A stretch of DNA of 64,000 nt from Lama glama (lineage: Eukaryota), in NCBI GenBank assembly GCA_028534125.1, contig CM052816.1:37822001-37886000 (forward strand), read 5' to 3'. Each line of letters begins with the position of its first letter. Within the stretch, counting starts at the first letter, position 1. Under the pieces are notes generated by a model. That model made no database searches, was not told the DNA's origin, and saw only the letters and a list, made by a program, of their open reading frames with translations. The translations under genes were made by a program, and so were the position numbers. Shown here piece by piece: positions 1 to 13,325 of the stretch.

Positions 1-177
1 AACAATCCAAGAGGCTACTGATGGAAGCCCAGACAGCTGTCACCTTGATTTTGGCCTTATTAAACCAGGAGCTAAGGAACCAACCTGACCAATCAGACTT
101 TTGACCTATAAATTCATGTTGTTTTAAACCAATGAGTTTGTAATATTTTGTTACAGCAGCAATAGAAAACCAATACA
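1..177 (+). mobile_element. MLT1 (ERVL-MaLR) LTR, 3' portion
   Basis: Ends in TTGTTACAGCAGCAATAGAAAACCAATACA, the typical MLT1 LTR terminus; also contains CACCTTGATTTTGGCCT. Confidence 0.75.
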
Positions 178-1284
178 TAGACTATCCATAATCATGTTTT
201 TTGCACACCTCAGGCAAATTTACTCATCTCCGTGCAACCTGTGTACTATCTTCATGCACTTATAGTTTTTAGACTTTATAACTTTTTAAAAATGCCTATC
301 TTTCTTCCTAACTAGTCTATGAGATCCTCAAGGGTCTCATTTATCTTTGGGTTTCTGGTGCCTACTATAGTAGTGGAACTTTTAAAATAAAATGCACACT
401 ATTTAGTAATAGAACAGGTGGTATAATATTTTACCCATGTGTAAGTGGTTTATACACAACATTAGTGATCAAAGCTTAACTAATTCTTATTTACTTACTG
501 TTAAATATGCTGCCTTAGCTGTGAGTTAGTAATATTTTTAATCCAAATGATATTGGTTTCCCCATTTTAAACTCCAAAGTGCACAGGAAACCTTTTATAG
601 AAATCTATTTGCATATTTCTTAGGAAAAGTGCCTTAGATACCAATTCCTGAAAGGCTTTTATGCCTCTGTATTTCTCCTTGCAATGGTGAAAAATGTTTT
701 TCTATAGAGTAATCATATTTTATATTCAAACACAGCTTTCAACAATGTCAATTGTGTAGTTATTTAATCTTAGAGAACATTTCACAATGGCCTTCCTAGC
801 TGGAAACATGATTGTATCATATAGCGTGGATATCATCATTGATCACTGCTGAAATACTAAAATAAATTAGGACGACTTCTATCTTGCATTCTCAATACTC
901 TTGCAATTCCATATTTCCAATTTCCCTCAAATTTCTGCATCTGATATGATGCCTAGAGTTTGTTAATGTGTTTAATACACAACCTAGGTCAAATGACTTC
1001 CAGATCAGTTATTTATATATAACGTATAGTCCCATGCTTGGCAAGATCAAATACTCAATAAATGGTAGTAAATATTGTGGTTTCTATAGTTTATTGTTAA
1101 CCAGTTAATCACGTTTTTAAACTTTCATATGATTCTTTTCTAGAGGATATATATACTCTGGATATTTGACTCTGAGAAGAACGTGTATGCAATTATCTGA
1201 AAGCATATTTGACTTGGATTCCACTTATGTTTATGTAATAATTTACTTCAGAAAATAAGGACCTAAAACACAATCTTCCTCATA

Positions 1285-1740
1285 TAGCTTCTTATTTGTA
1301 GGACAGGGATTTTGGCAGGATTTGGGTGGGTGATTCTTAGGTTCTGTGTGATGTCGACAGGAGTCACTTGGTGGTTTTCAGCTGGCAGACAGGCTGGTCC
1401 AATGGACACAAGATGGCTTCGCTCACTGCCTGCTGCTTTGACAAGGACTGGCTGGAAGTCCAGGCTCCGCTAGTGCTGTTGATTTGAGTGCCTACAGTAA
1501 ACTCCTTTAGCATGGTTGTCATAAGAAATCAGATTTCTTAGATGGTGACTCCACAGACCAAGGGCAAATATTTTAGCAAACAAGGGAGAAACTGCATGGC
1601 CTTTTGAAAGGCAATCTTGAAATTCTAATGCATACTTCCATTGTAAACTATTGGTTGATTCAGTCACAAGCTAACCAGATTCAAAGTGAAGATCTATTCT
1701 ATGGGAAGAGCATCACAGAAGTTGTAAGCAGAATTTAAAA
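1285..1740 (-). mobile_element. Old MLT1 (MaLR) LTR, antisense
   Basis: Motifs CAAGATGGCTTCGCTCACT, GGCTGGAAG and TCACAAG..CCAGATTCAA resemble antisense MLT1H/J-type LTRs. Confidence 0.5.
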
Positions 1741-2579
1741 TTCAGATAATTATGTTGAGGGACATCCTTCTCTCTTGCAATTTACTATTACTATTATTAA
1801 CGTTAATCTATTATGATTACTAATAAAAACAGTGTTTCAAGTAAACCAGAAACGGTGTAGTATCTGTGATATGTAGTAAAAAATAAAGTAGAACTTTCTT
1901 CAACCATTTCAAATGCTTAAACTGGAACTGTCTAAAGGCATAATTGAATGACACCATCATGTATTCATGTATGTATGTCATCATAAAGCCCTTTATATGA
2001 AAAAATTCTTTGAAAATATACTACTGAAATATATAGTACAGCTGTTTGTATAGATGATGTTTTTTCCTATCTGGCTTGAGAGTCACTTTACAGGTGAAAG
2101 GAAATATTCTTATAACACTATGTATTTACTTAATCTTCATCTTAAAGGGAACAATAATAATGTAAATGGCACATGACTGGATCCAACAAAAGTAAGGCTC
2201 TCTACTTTTTGGAGAAAAAAATGATTGGAAATAGTCCATCATATAAATCCCAAAACAGTAGAATGAACAATACCAGTGATTTCCAAAGCAACCACTTCAT
2301 CTATAGCATATTCGGAATTTCTCAGTGGGTTCTCACACTCTACCATTTTCTAAACACTTAATAATAAAATGTTCTCCCTTTTAGATCATTCAGATTTTAA
2401 GTGATTTAGATTTTCCATACAGTATCCTATCCTTGTCAACAGAAAATAAGCTATGCTGGGTGGCAATGAAAAAAAGAGGCAAGGAATTAGCGGTCCTCCA
2501 TTAATTCCGTCCTTTATTACTACAAACCTAATCCTAGCTAACTCCATTTTGAAACACAGCAGGAAACAACTAAAAAAAG

Positions 2580-2580
<1 letters not shown>

Positions 2581-2616
<36 letters not shown>
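2581..2616. repeat. (CA)18 microsatellite
   Basis: Perfect CA run read directly. Confidence 0.98.
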
Positions 2617-2617
<1 letters not shown>

Positions 2618-4024
2618 CCACCCCAAAAGGGGGTATTAAATCTCTACCGTTGTAAAATGAACTAACATTTAATCATTTCAAGCCCACATTTTAAAATAGA
2701 GTCAAAAAAACTGGTGAAATATCAAAATGGCTTAAATATTTGTTCTCTGGAATTTTCTCTGAGATAGAAATGTTTCTGTTGGTTTGTTTCACACCACATA
2801 AACGACATACAGTATTTGTGGCACACACAAGAGAGAGGTAGTGTATGCACATGTTGGCATGCACATCTGCACAGAGAATTTCCTGTATCTATCTCCAAGG
2901 TCTAGAGTGAGTATATTTTGCTATGCCTTCTTTTAATTTCCCTATTTCTTCTGTGATGGTAATGCAAACTGTTACTTTAAGATACTCTTTATATCCTTTA
3001 CTATAGCATGTATTCAGTTAATTATCTATGTAAGCAAGGAGAATATGCTTTCATATGATAGTGTTATAAAATAATAATTATTACAGTATAATAATGCATC
3101 TGGGGTAGAGGTTAAGACAGTAAAACTATTTTTGTTATGTTAGGTTATTCAACTACTGGCCACCATGTACTATAGGCCCAAAGTGTTAAATTTTCCTTCC
3201 TGTGAATCCTACCCAACATGTAAACAGACACGAATGGTTAGCATTATACCACAGAACTAGAAGAAACTTTCAAGATCATCTAACCCAGCGTCTATTTTCT
3301 TCAGAGCAGATGTGGTCTAAGAAAAATTCTTAAATTCTTCCATAACTGAAATACTGGACCCTATAATCCTATATTCTTTACAAGCATGTAAGAATGTCTA
3401 TATGAATATCGTATCGTTAGTATTTATCACAAATTTGAAAGCAGGTCTCAGAACTGGAAAAGGTAAATGAAAATCAAACTGACAACAACAAAACTTCTCT
3501 GATACAGAGAAATAGTAAACAAGCTGCCAGTTAAAGACTCAAAGATTTCTTTCTAAAGAGGAAAACGGTAAGCCTTTAAGTTTATTAAACTGACCTTATT
3601 TTTCTTGTGTATAATTCAGGGCTTTTTAAAAATAAAAGACGTAGTAGTATGGTATAAAATGTTATCAAATTACCGATAGATAATGAAAAAATTAAATTAG
3701 AAGTTGCCTTTCAGATAAAAAGATAAAATCAGGTCATCTTTGGTATCTATACATTTATTGTATGGATTATGTTTTTCTTTAGTTTTAAAATTGGCAGAGA
3801 TATTATCATCATATTTAGCACTTTAGGAGGTAAAATGTGAAGGTATGATTTTGTTCCTTTATAGATGTCACCTATGTTAAGCAGGAATTGTTACCTTGTT
3901 TTATGCAATATCTAAAAATATTTAAAATCTTTTATGATATCAAATAATGGAATATTAATGGAACACAATTTTTTTCTATCCATCTTTAACAAACAAATCC
4001 AAATTTGAATTTTAATTCTCCCAT

Positions 4025-4150
4025 AGATAGTGATATTGGACAATCTATTTAACTTCCTTGACTTTCTGTTTCCATCTCTTTCAAAGTGGATAATAATAGA
4101 AAATAACTTAAATTTTTTTTTATAAAGACTTGGTAAGTGCATATGATTGT
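4025..4150 (+). mobile_element. MIR SINE fragment
   Basis: Diverged MIR core: GTGATATTGGACAATCTATTTAACTTCCTTGACTTTCTGTTTCCATCT...GGATAATAATAG. Confidence 0.6.
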
Positions 4151-4419
4151 TAATGAAAATACACTTAAGCCGTCTAAGATGAAGCAAAGTAACTCAGCTC
4201 TGAGTCAGAAATAGCTGGACCATGTCTCTGGACGGAGCTATTGCAACCACTTACCTAACATTATAGTCACCTATCAGGAATCATGAGTTCACTTGAATTC
4301 TACTACTTTTCTGTAGCTGTTGAGAATCAGTGGGAAAAAAAATGGAGCCTCATGGCTGTACTCAGAAAATGAGAATAAATAACTGAACTCAGTTATTTAT
4401 GACAGAGCATACTGAGGGT

Positions 4420-4720
4420 AAAAATGTGGGACACGCATTCACGAGCCTCTCAAAGTAGGATTCCAGTGAGCAAGGTCCTAGTGAGGGAGGATTAGCGGGT
4501 TTCCCGCCCCCAGTCACAGATCTGTTCTCCTCCACAATCACCTGCTCCCCCAAATTACAAGAAATTTAATACAACTAATTTCTCAAGTTAGAGTTTTGTC
4601 CTGTAATTTGCTTTTAGTGTGCTCTGATTTCTCACAAATGAGACTGCTGTCATCAGCTGGATATAGACTACTTGTGTTTTTTATGTCCACGTGGAGGTCC
4701 ATGTGGAGATCCACATGGAG
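4420..4720. promoter_or_regulatory. Candidate cis-regulatory module (E2F/GC-box plus triple E-box)
   Basis: Local CpG retention; TTTCCCGC (4500-4507) overlaps CCCGCCCC (4503-4510); three CANNTG boxes at 12-bp period (4686-4719). Confidence 0.3.
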
Positions 4721-7700
4721 AAAAAGGTCATCCCATGATAATTTCAGTTAGTATAAACCGGAATGTTAACGTCTCAGTCTGAAAAAAAAGCTGAGAAGTG
4801 CATTCTTCTTCTCAGTTTCCAATGGGCAGAGACCCTGGTATGGGAGGAAATTAAAATAATACTGACACACTCAGTCATCTTGACAATTCTCAATTCCCAC
4901 AACTCTGGTTTTTAGAAGAAACTATGATAGAAATAGCAAAGCTAGCAATGACAGCACCTCCATGGTGTAGAGGAAACACCCAACTCAGTAGAAGAATGAG
5001 AAAAATAGGAACAGTCTATGAATAGAAAAAACTGCTAGAAAATCTGCCTGAAACTTCAAAATAGGCTGAGTGTTCTTTCACTGTGGTTCTGACCTTGAGC
5101 CTTTATTTTATTTATTTATTTTTTTCACTGACTGGACTATTTTACAACTGTGCAGGAGTTTAACATGTAGATTTTTTTTTTTTTTGTCTAGAAGAGATGT
5201 AAATAATTTATTTTGGTGGAAAAGATGGCCCCAAGGGTAGGACAGTAAGCAGTTTTGCATCTAACCCAACAATTATATATTAGCAATCCTTTATTAAGTC
5301 ACCCATAAACTGCCAGTTCCCAGTTGAACTTTTTTGTATACAACTTACTTGCTCTCTTATTAATTAATGCATTGAATGAAACCTTAAGACATAGGTTCAT
5401 TTTATATTTGCATGAGAGTTACAATTTTGAAAATTATGGTTAAACTCAGTCTCTCTTGGCGAAGGACCAAAAAGATCTGAGCAGACAAATGTTAGAGACC
5501 TAACACTACTTATCACATGAGTATTCAAGAAGAATGAGTTCTTATTTGTTAATCAGCTCCTGGGCACTCCATTATTGTGGAGAGTCCAGGTTATTGTCAA
5601 ACAGGAAAATTGGAAGAAGCAAGAGGGGCTAAACTGATGCCCATTTAAAAGGAGCTGAGCCAGAGAACTGACAGGTGAGATAATGGAGAGACTCATGAGC
5701 TGCACTCTGGTGGGAGAGTATCTCTTTATTGAAATTGAAGATGCTCTGGAGTAGTTGTGATGAGACAGAAACATAAAAATTAACATTAATAGCCAAAAGA
5801 GACTATTAAGGAATTGCATTGTGCATAATGAAAAGATAACGTTTTAATTTTTGTGAAAAATTAAGCACATAAAGACCTCCTTTTTTTGCTTTCTATTGTT
5901 TCTTTGAGTATCTCAAAGCAAATTTTCAGGCAGAAAATTTGTGAGCATGTGTCCAAAGTTTTACTTTAATTTCACTGCTAGGGAAATGTGCTTCTGAGAA
6001 AGCCATTTCAAATATTTATAATTGATAGAGCATTTTATAGGGGAAAATAAGTGACTAGATTAAATTGTTAACATAGGGGCAAGAAGGAAGGAACTTGCTA
6101 ACGGTTATTAGAGTGGTGATTAAACTGGTTAGAGTATTTGGCCACTCTGAATACTTGGTTTCAGGTTATGAGGCTGTGCACAAGCATGGTAGCTGCCCAG
6201 ATTACAACCTAACCTTTCAGAAATTTCTCTTCATCGCATCTAACAAGACAGCTGGCCCCAGAAATTTTTCTTCCAGAAAATAACTCAACGATATTTTTCT
6301 CAAAAATGGCTAACATGATATTGGCCTTTTCTTAGGTTTGGAAAAAATATATATCTTAATGTGATTACTTGCTGCGCTCCATATGTGTAAAACGTAGGTA
6401 AAGTGCTTAGTATATTTCCTGACAGCAAACACTTAAAAAAGGAAAAAAAAAAGTCAGTTCTTCCCTAAGAACCAGACAGGGGTACTAAGAATGACACAAA
6501 ATGAATACAAACAGCAACAAACTTTGGAAATTACATGAAAACAAATTGCACACCATGGCATGCATGCACACATACATGAATTTTACAATCTATGCATTCA
6601 TCATTAACTCTAAGGTGAAATGAACAGCTATTGGATGAGAAATCAGTCTTTTAATTCCTTCATTCATTTCAGGGGCATCCTGGGCAGTAGGCAGTATTTA
6701 TTTTGTGGGCGCAATAGTTCCCCCTGAGACTTTCCCTAGTTCCTAGTTTCCTAGCAATTGTTTCCCCTGATTCCTTCCCTGTTGTGTATGAAACACCCTC
6801 CACCCCGTCACTTCACTGATTCTCACTTCCCAAATTCTATAGTTTTCTACACTTATTTCAAATGCTGGAGCCTCAGTTAAGTGCTCTCTGATCCTCCAGC
6901 CTGAAGCACTTCTCCTCCTCTGATGTTCCTAGGCTTCTTCCATATTTTGCTTAAGACAAGTGTCACTTGCAACCATCTATTAAGTGTATTTACATCTATT
7001 TACATCTTTCCTTCCCTATTGAACCTTAACCTCCTTTTATACAGCAGCATTTCATTCTCTAAACAATTGCATTTTAATCTCGCTTGGTTGCCTGAATCCA
7101 TACTTTACATCTGCATGGTATAATTAAGATTTTGCAGAACATGAAAAGCAATCAGACTTCTCTGTGCTCAGCTAAGGATGATGCGTGATGTTGGTCATCC
7201 ATCTCTACCACAAAAGTGGCAATTAGAGCTCTGTTCTTCTTTCTCAATCACAGAAGATAGCCTCCAAAAGCTACAAAGTAACCATACAATAGTAGTACGT
7301 GGTGTACCTGTAGTCCTAAAAATTCTTGATAGGATCTCCTTCCCCACAGGTCAAAGGACTAAAAGCTAATTCCCTTTTACAATCACATGCTCCTGAAGCA
7401 ACTACAGCCTTTCAAGCAAGCAGCAGTATTTTTTCTTGCTGACATACCCTCTGCACAGAGTTTCAAACACTCAGGCCAGAAGCACTATCTACGCCTCATT
7501 ACCATTTAAATAGGCTGATCAATGAGAATTAGCATGTAATCTGAATTACAACACCCGCCTCCTGCTTCTTAGAGCCTGGGTCCTCCAGCATTTTTAAGTA
7601 ACTGCTACACTCTCCGGGGAGGATTCCTCCTCCTCAAATCTGTAAACAGGTTTTTCTTCAGTGCAAAAACTTTAACGGAGCGATTGATCCCTCTTCTGCC

Positions 7701-7869
7701 TACTCTTCACCTGCATCCAGGATAACCTGTTGTCCTGATGGAACATGAAATGTGTATAAGCAGCCACCCAAGCCAGCTCCTACAAGTATTTTGATTCAGT
7801 CACTCATACTTTTAAGTCTATAATCTCACACCGATTGAACCAACAAATAATGTTCTCAATATGGGTCAG

Positions 7870-8100
7870 CAGACATGGATTCAGCGACTATGATGACTAA
7901 ACACTAGCCATAAGAAACTGGGATAAAAAATAGATTTTAAAAAAAGGAGTAAAAGCCACTTAATCCATCAAATAAACATTCTTCATCTTGCCTGTCTTGC
8001 CTATGTCATGAGGCTTTATGAAAATTAATTACGTGATGATATATGTGAAAGAACTTTATACATACGGCAATGCCATATAAATGTACATCTATATTGCCAT
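7870..8100 (+). mobile_element. MIR-family fragment
   Basis: 3' MIR-like tail GATGATATATGTGAAAGAACTTT...ATAAATGTA. Confidence 0.4.
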
Positions 8101-8594
8101 TACTCCGTGTACACAGCTTTACTAATATGACCTAATTAACTCCACGGTAGGATTATTTTACAATCTGATTTATTTATCATCATTTATAATAACAATCTCT
8201 TCATGTTCTCCTGTTTAGATAGTTAAGAAGATAATGTGAAGAAGCACTTTTTTGATTCCAGTTGTGATTGCCAGTCACTGGTACCTACTGTGGAACGATA
8301 AGCAGTTTCCAGCTGAGAGTTCACAATTATTTAATGTGAAGATGATATAAAACTCCCTCCTGCACACTAACCAGTAATTCCTTTAGACCTCAAGTAACTT
8401 TCCAACTCTAGAGATTCGTAATTTTGACTGAATCAGAAAAACAATAACAGTATTATGCAGTAGTACACAATTCTCTATGGTTTGGGACTCAGTGTATTTT
8501 GGTATCTACATACGAATGCTGTATTTTTGGTCCCATCATACTGTTTTTATTTAAAAGTACAATTTATTGTTGAATTTCCTCTCTTCCCCAAATA

Positions 8595-8712
8595 TTCCAA
8601 GTTTCCTTGAGAACACAGACTTCATCTTTCTCACCTGTTACTGTATCTTTAGTATTCTCATAATCCCTGGACCACAGTTAGCAGTAAGTACGTAAGTGTT
8701 GAATGAACAACA
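8595..8712 (+). mobile_element. L2 3' end
   Basis: TTCCTTGAGAACACAGAC...CTGTATC...CCTGG...TGTTGAATGAACAA matches the L2 3' terminus pattern. Confidence 0.6.
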
Positions 8713-9561
8713 GATGCCCCGAGTGGCAATGAGTCGACTTTAATTCCCTGTTGAACTCCATCAGCTACCTAAGTTACCTAAAATAAATATTCTACAGACA
8801 TAAAATCCAAGGTTGCTTTGAAAATATACCCTCAGAGAAACCTATAATCTACCTTCCCATCCAGATTACTACCTGTAGACACCTCCCATACAGAAACTAA
8901 CGAATACAGAAATAAATACATGCAAATAACATGGCCAGGAGACAAACTACAGAGGATTCTAATAGATGATGTGAAGTGGGCACTGTTCCTTACAGTCACT
9001 TTTAATGATGATCGGGCACTGGAATCCACAGATCTCTTATTTAGACATGTGCTGGTCCTTAACTACTTATCTATAGGGAATTTTTAAAAACTTTTTATTT
9101 GTAAATAATTACAGACTCACGGGAAACATATGTAAATATATTATATAAAGCTATTTTTGCCATCAGACGCTTTATTTTCATGTTCCGAGTCTCATTAAGA
9201 AAAAAGTACACTATGCAGCTTCTGCAATAATCTTGTGTTTTCAGGGACTTGAGGAAATAGTTTATGTGATCATTCGAGGAGGTAAGAAAATAGCAACAAC
9301 AAAAACAAGGAAATCAGGAAAATTCCTCTATATTTTTTCATTAAAACTTACTCTGTTTTGATGATGTAGCCAGTGTACTTAGTTAAATAAGAGTGTGAGC
9401 TGCTTTTCTAACTTGATTATTTCCTGTGTACTCCGGAGTGCATTATTCACTATTTCCTGCATGTGCCCGGAGGTCTCGGCCATGGCTCCACGCTTAGGCT
9501 GAGATCACTGTCTAAAATTTAATTCTTGTTCTTTAGAATCTCTTGTAAATCCTATCTAACC

Positions 9562-9862
9562 TGTTAAAAGATAAACTGAGGCAAATTAAAAATTTGAGAT
9601 TATTTGAGCAAACTCGATTTGGTAAGGGTACTCCACCGACAGGCGCGAGGGGGAAGACTGACAGAGAAAAGGTGGTAGCAAGGGGGGAACGTTCCGACTG
9701 ACTCTACCCTAAAGCCCAGTTGGCTGCTTGTGACTGGGCGTCCTTAGGTTCTGCTTTCACAACCCTGAGGCATTTTCAGGCTTGGATCAGGGCTTGCTTA
9801 CATGGGCTGTTCAGCATTAGACCACCTCGGTCTAATGTGCTCCTAGTTCAATTAACTTACCA
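9562..9862 (-). mobile_element. Solo ERV1 LTR (MER57-like architecture)
   Basis: On the minus strand it runs TG...TTGCTCAAATAATCTCAAATTTTTAATTTGCCTCAGTTTATCTTTTAACA; 4-bp TSD AACC/AATC. Confidence 0.75.
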
Positions 9863-11574
9863 AATCTTTGAACACAAACTTAAGCATTGCAGGCTCAGCG
9901 TGGCCTCCTCTCTTCCCATCCGCCTGGTGAACCTTCATGGTCTTCTGAATTTCCATCTTTTGTGAAATTAAACTCTTCTTGAGGCTCAGGTCACTTTCTG
10001 TCTCATGTGGGACTTATTTTCCCTTTTGGCCATTATCTCCCTGAGGGCAGGACTCCTCAGCTAGTCACCTTTCTATTTCCCAGCTTCTAGTTGACAACTA
10101 TTTTTGAAAGAGTTAATGAGAATCTAAATGTATGTCCCAAATAGCTAACTTTGTTTCCCAAACTTTATGCTATTCCCTCAAAACCTGAGAGGTAGAGAGA
10201 CAGAGACAGAGACACAGAGAGAATCTTATACCTCTGACTTTGCTCAATTTAAATGTTTCACCTTGTGTTGTGCTAGAAATAAAGTTCAGGCCAGCAGGTT
10301 CAAAGTTTTAAATTCTTAGACATAATTGTTATCCTAAGAAACTAACACATATAAGGTCAGAATGGTGAAATTATTGTGTTAGAAATCACATTTAAATTAA
10401 AGTCATTTATTATGGATATAGCATGTACTCTGGAAATGCAGAATATAGTGCTTAGCCAGCTGGAGTTCTAACCCAATTTATTTCTTTACCAGCACTCACT
10501 CTGGAGGTAGCATATCTGGGGACTCATTGTCTGAACCAAAAATAAAATGTTACTTTCTTTAACCGAGTCCTAAACACAGTCACTATTTTCATAGTTCTTA
10601 TTATTCTTATGTATCTCTATAGAACATAGAAAATTGCACAGTAAATTATTAACCAATGATATCAAATAAATTATTAATTTAAAAGATTGTGAAAAATTAC
10701 CACCAATGGTGAATGGAAGAAAATTCAAGGAGAAGGAATTGATGTTGCCGAAGGCTTTTTTATTTTCTGGTTATTTGTCTTCTAGAATGTAAACTTTTTT
10801 TTTTTTGGTTATTTATAGCTAAATAATCTTAAAAGAGTAATATTTATTACTTATTAAATTAAAATTATGATTTGAGTTTTTTTTTTTTAGTACAACAGGC
10901 TTTCTATAATTTGGTGGGGGGTTAATATCAGTAAAGATCTGCTATTCTTTTGTGAGGGTATTGTGTTATGTTCCCAGAATTATCCCATTGATTTATCAGT
11001 GATAATTTATCTAATTTTATCTGGACTGTGGTATATTTAAGAGACAGATTGTGATTTCTTTAAAACTAATACTAATTTTGAAATCCCTGGAAAAAGGAAC
11101 AGGAGTGTAATATGAAGAAATGAGTTAAAAACACAAATTAATAAAAATAATTCTTCTTTATAAATTTTACCAAATCAAATGAAAAGATGCCTCTATTAAC
11201 CTGCAGATTCTTTTTCTCTACTTATAGAGAACATTTAGAGAGTCTTTAACTCAGTGATGTAACAATACACCAGGATGTACTCAGCATTCCATGGTTGACA
11301 GTACAATGCTTTACCAAAATTTTTCAATCTATATTTTAGGAATTTAACTATTTGTGTTTTTTCAGTATTCAAATTCTCTTCTAAAAGAAAAAAAATGCAG
11401 CCATTTCTAACTTTAGTATAGTAACTTAATACATTTTACCCTTATTTTGAATACAGCACACAATGTTTTGCCATTGAATACCAACATTTCAGTTGAGGCC
11501 TCAATCAAACAATGTCCCTCAGATCAACTGAAAGCAGATCTAAAAAATCTTACATAAGAATGAGTAAAGTGATA

Positions 11575-12920
11575 TTTTTCAAGACATGCTTTTTAGGGCA
11601 GTTTAAGGTTCACAGCAAAATTGAGGGCAAGTTAGAGTTTTCCTGTATACACCCCTGCAACCACATGTGCGTCGCCTCCAATGTTAATCCACTTGTCTCA
11701 CCACAGTAGTGTATTTGATGTCATTAACAAGCCTACACTGGCACATCATAATCACCCAAAGTCCACAGTTTACATTAAGGTTTACTCTTGGCGTTGTACA
11801 TTCTATGAGTTTGGACACATGTATAATGACACGAATCCATTATTTCACTGCCCTAAAAATCCTCTGTGTTCGACCAATTAACAGCCCTTGCTCCAATCCT
11901 TAGCAATATTTATATTGTCTCCATAGTTTGGCCTTTTCCAGAATGTCAAGTAGTTGGACTCATATAGTATGCAGACTTTTCAGATTGGCTTTTAGATTAA
12001 CTCAGTAATATGCATTTTAGAGTCCATGTCTTAACACAGCTTGACAGCGCATTTCCTTTTAGTGCTGAATGAAACTCCATTGCCTAGATGTATCAATTCA
12101 TCTAACAAAGGTCATCTTGGTTGGTTCCAAGTCTTGGTAATTGTGAATAAAGTTGGTGTAAACATCGGGGTGCAGGTTATGGTGTGGACATGTTTTCAGT
12201 CCTTTTGTGAGAATAACAAAGAATGTGATTGCTGATCAACGGCAAAAGTATGTTCAGTTTTGTTAAAAACTTCTTATCTTTCTTCCAAATTGCTGTACCA
12301 TCTCACATTCCCCTCAGCATTTGGTGTTGTTGGTGTTCTGGATTTTGGCCATTCTAATAGTATGTAGTAGTAATATCTTGTTGTTTAAATATCCATTTCC
12401 CTGATGACATATGATGTAGAGTATCTTCCCATATTCTTATTTGCCATCTGTATACCTTCTTTAGGTGGTGTCTCTTAAGATCTTTGATCTATCTCTAATT
12501 GGATTTTTTACTTTCTTGTTGAGTTTTAAGAGTTCTTTGTGTATTTTGGATAACAGTCCTTTATCATATCTGTGGCAAATATTTTCTCCCCATATGTGGC
12601 TTACCTTGCCATTCTCTTCATAATGTCTTTTCAGAACAGACTTTTAAATTTTAATGAAGTCCAGTTTATTCATTATTTCTTTCATGGACTATGCCTTTGA
12701 TGTAGTGCCCAAAAAGTCATCAGATCCAAGGTTTTCTCCTGTGTTATCGTCCAGGAGTTTTATAGTGTTGTTTTACTTGTATGTCTCTGATCCATTTTGA
12801 ATGAAAAAAAATTCAATGAAAATTCAAAAGTCAAGGGTGTAAAGTCTGTGCCTAGATTCACTTTTTTGCATCTAGATATGTTCCAACTCCACTTACTGAA
12901 AAGATAATCTCTTGTCCATT
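11575..12920 (-). mobile_element. L1MC1-like LINE-1, 3'UTR plus ORF2 end
   Basis: Diagnostic TTTAGGGCAGTTTAAGGTTCACAGCAAAATTGAG...CACCCAAAGTCCACAGTTTACATT, followed by antisense ORF2 C-terminal sequence. Confidence 0.85.
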
Positions 12921-12929
12921 GGAAATGGC

Positions 12930-13325
12930 AATATTCACCAAAGCAGTATCACAAAGAATGATTTCAGCAGCCTAAAAATCCTGTGTTTCACCTACTCAAT
13001 TATCTACTCCTCCTTTTCATCCCTTGGCAACCACTGATTATTTCACCATCTCTTTAGCTTTGCCTTTCCTAGAATGTCATATAAATGAAATGGTACAGTA
13101 TGTGGCCTTTTCTAATTGACTCTCACTTAGTAATACGCATTTCAGATTCCTCCATCTCTTTTCATGGCTTAATTACTCATTTTTAAAAATCACTGAATGA
13201 TATTCCATTGCATTGATGTATCACAGTTCTGTCCACTTACTGATGAATATCTTGATTGTTTCCAGTTTTTAGTGATTATGCATAAAGTTGATATAAACAT
13301 TTGTGCACAGGATTTTGATGTGGAT
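12930..13325 (-). mobile_element. Second L1MC-type 3'UTR fragment
   Basis: Repeats the CCTAAAAATCCTGTG...GGCAACCACTGAT...TTGCCTTTCCTAGAATGTCATATA block seen in the preceding element. Confidence 0.75.

Noticed and set aside
3507..3566. Possible exon (gatacag|...AAACG|gtaagc)
   Set aside because: Weak polypyrimidine tract and stops in all three frames; no independent support.
5553..5819. 88-aa minus ORF with a hydrophobic, signal-peptide-like N-terminus
   Set aside because: Non-ATG start, hydrophobicity explained by T-rich DNA, and no recognisable homology.
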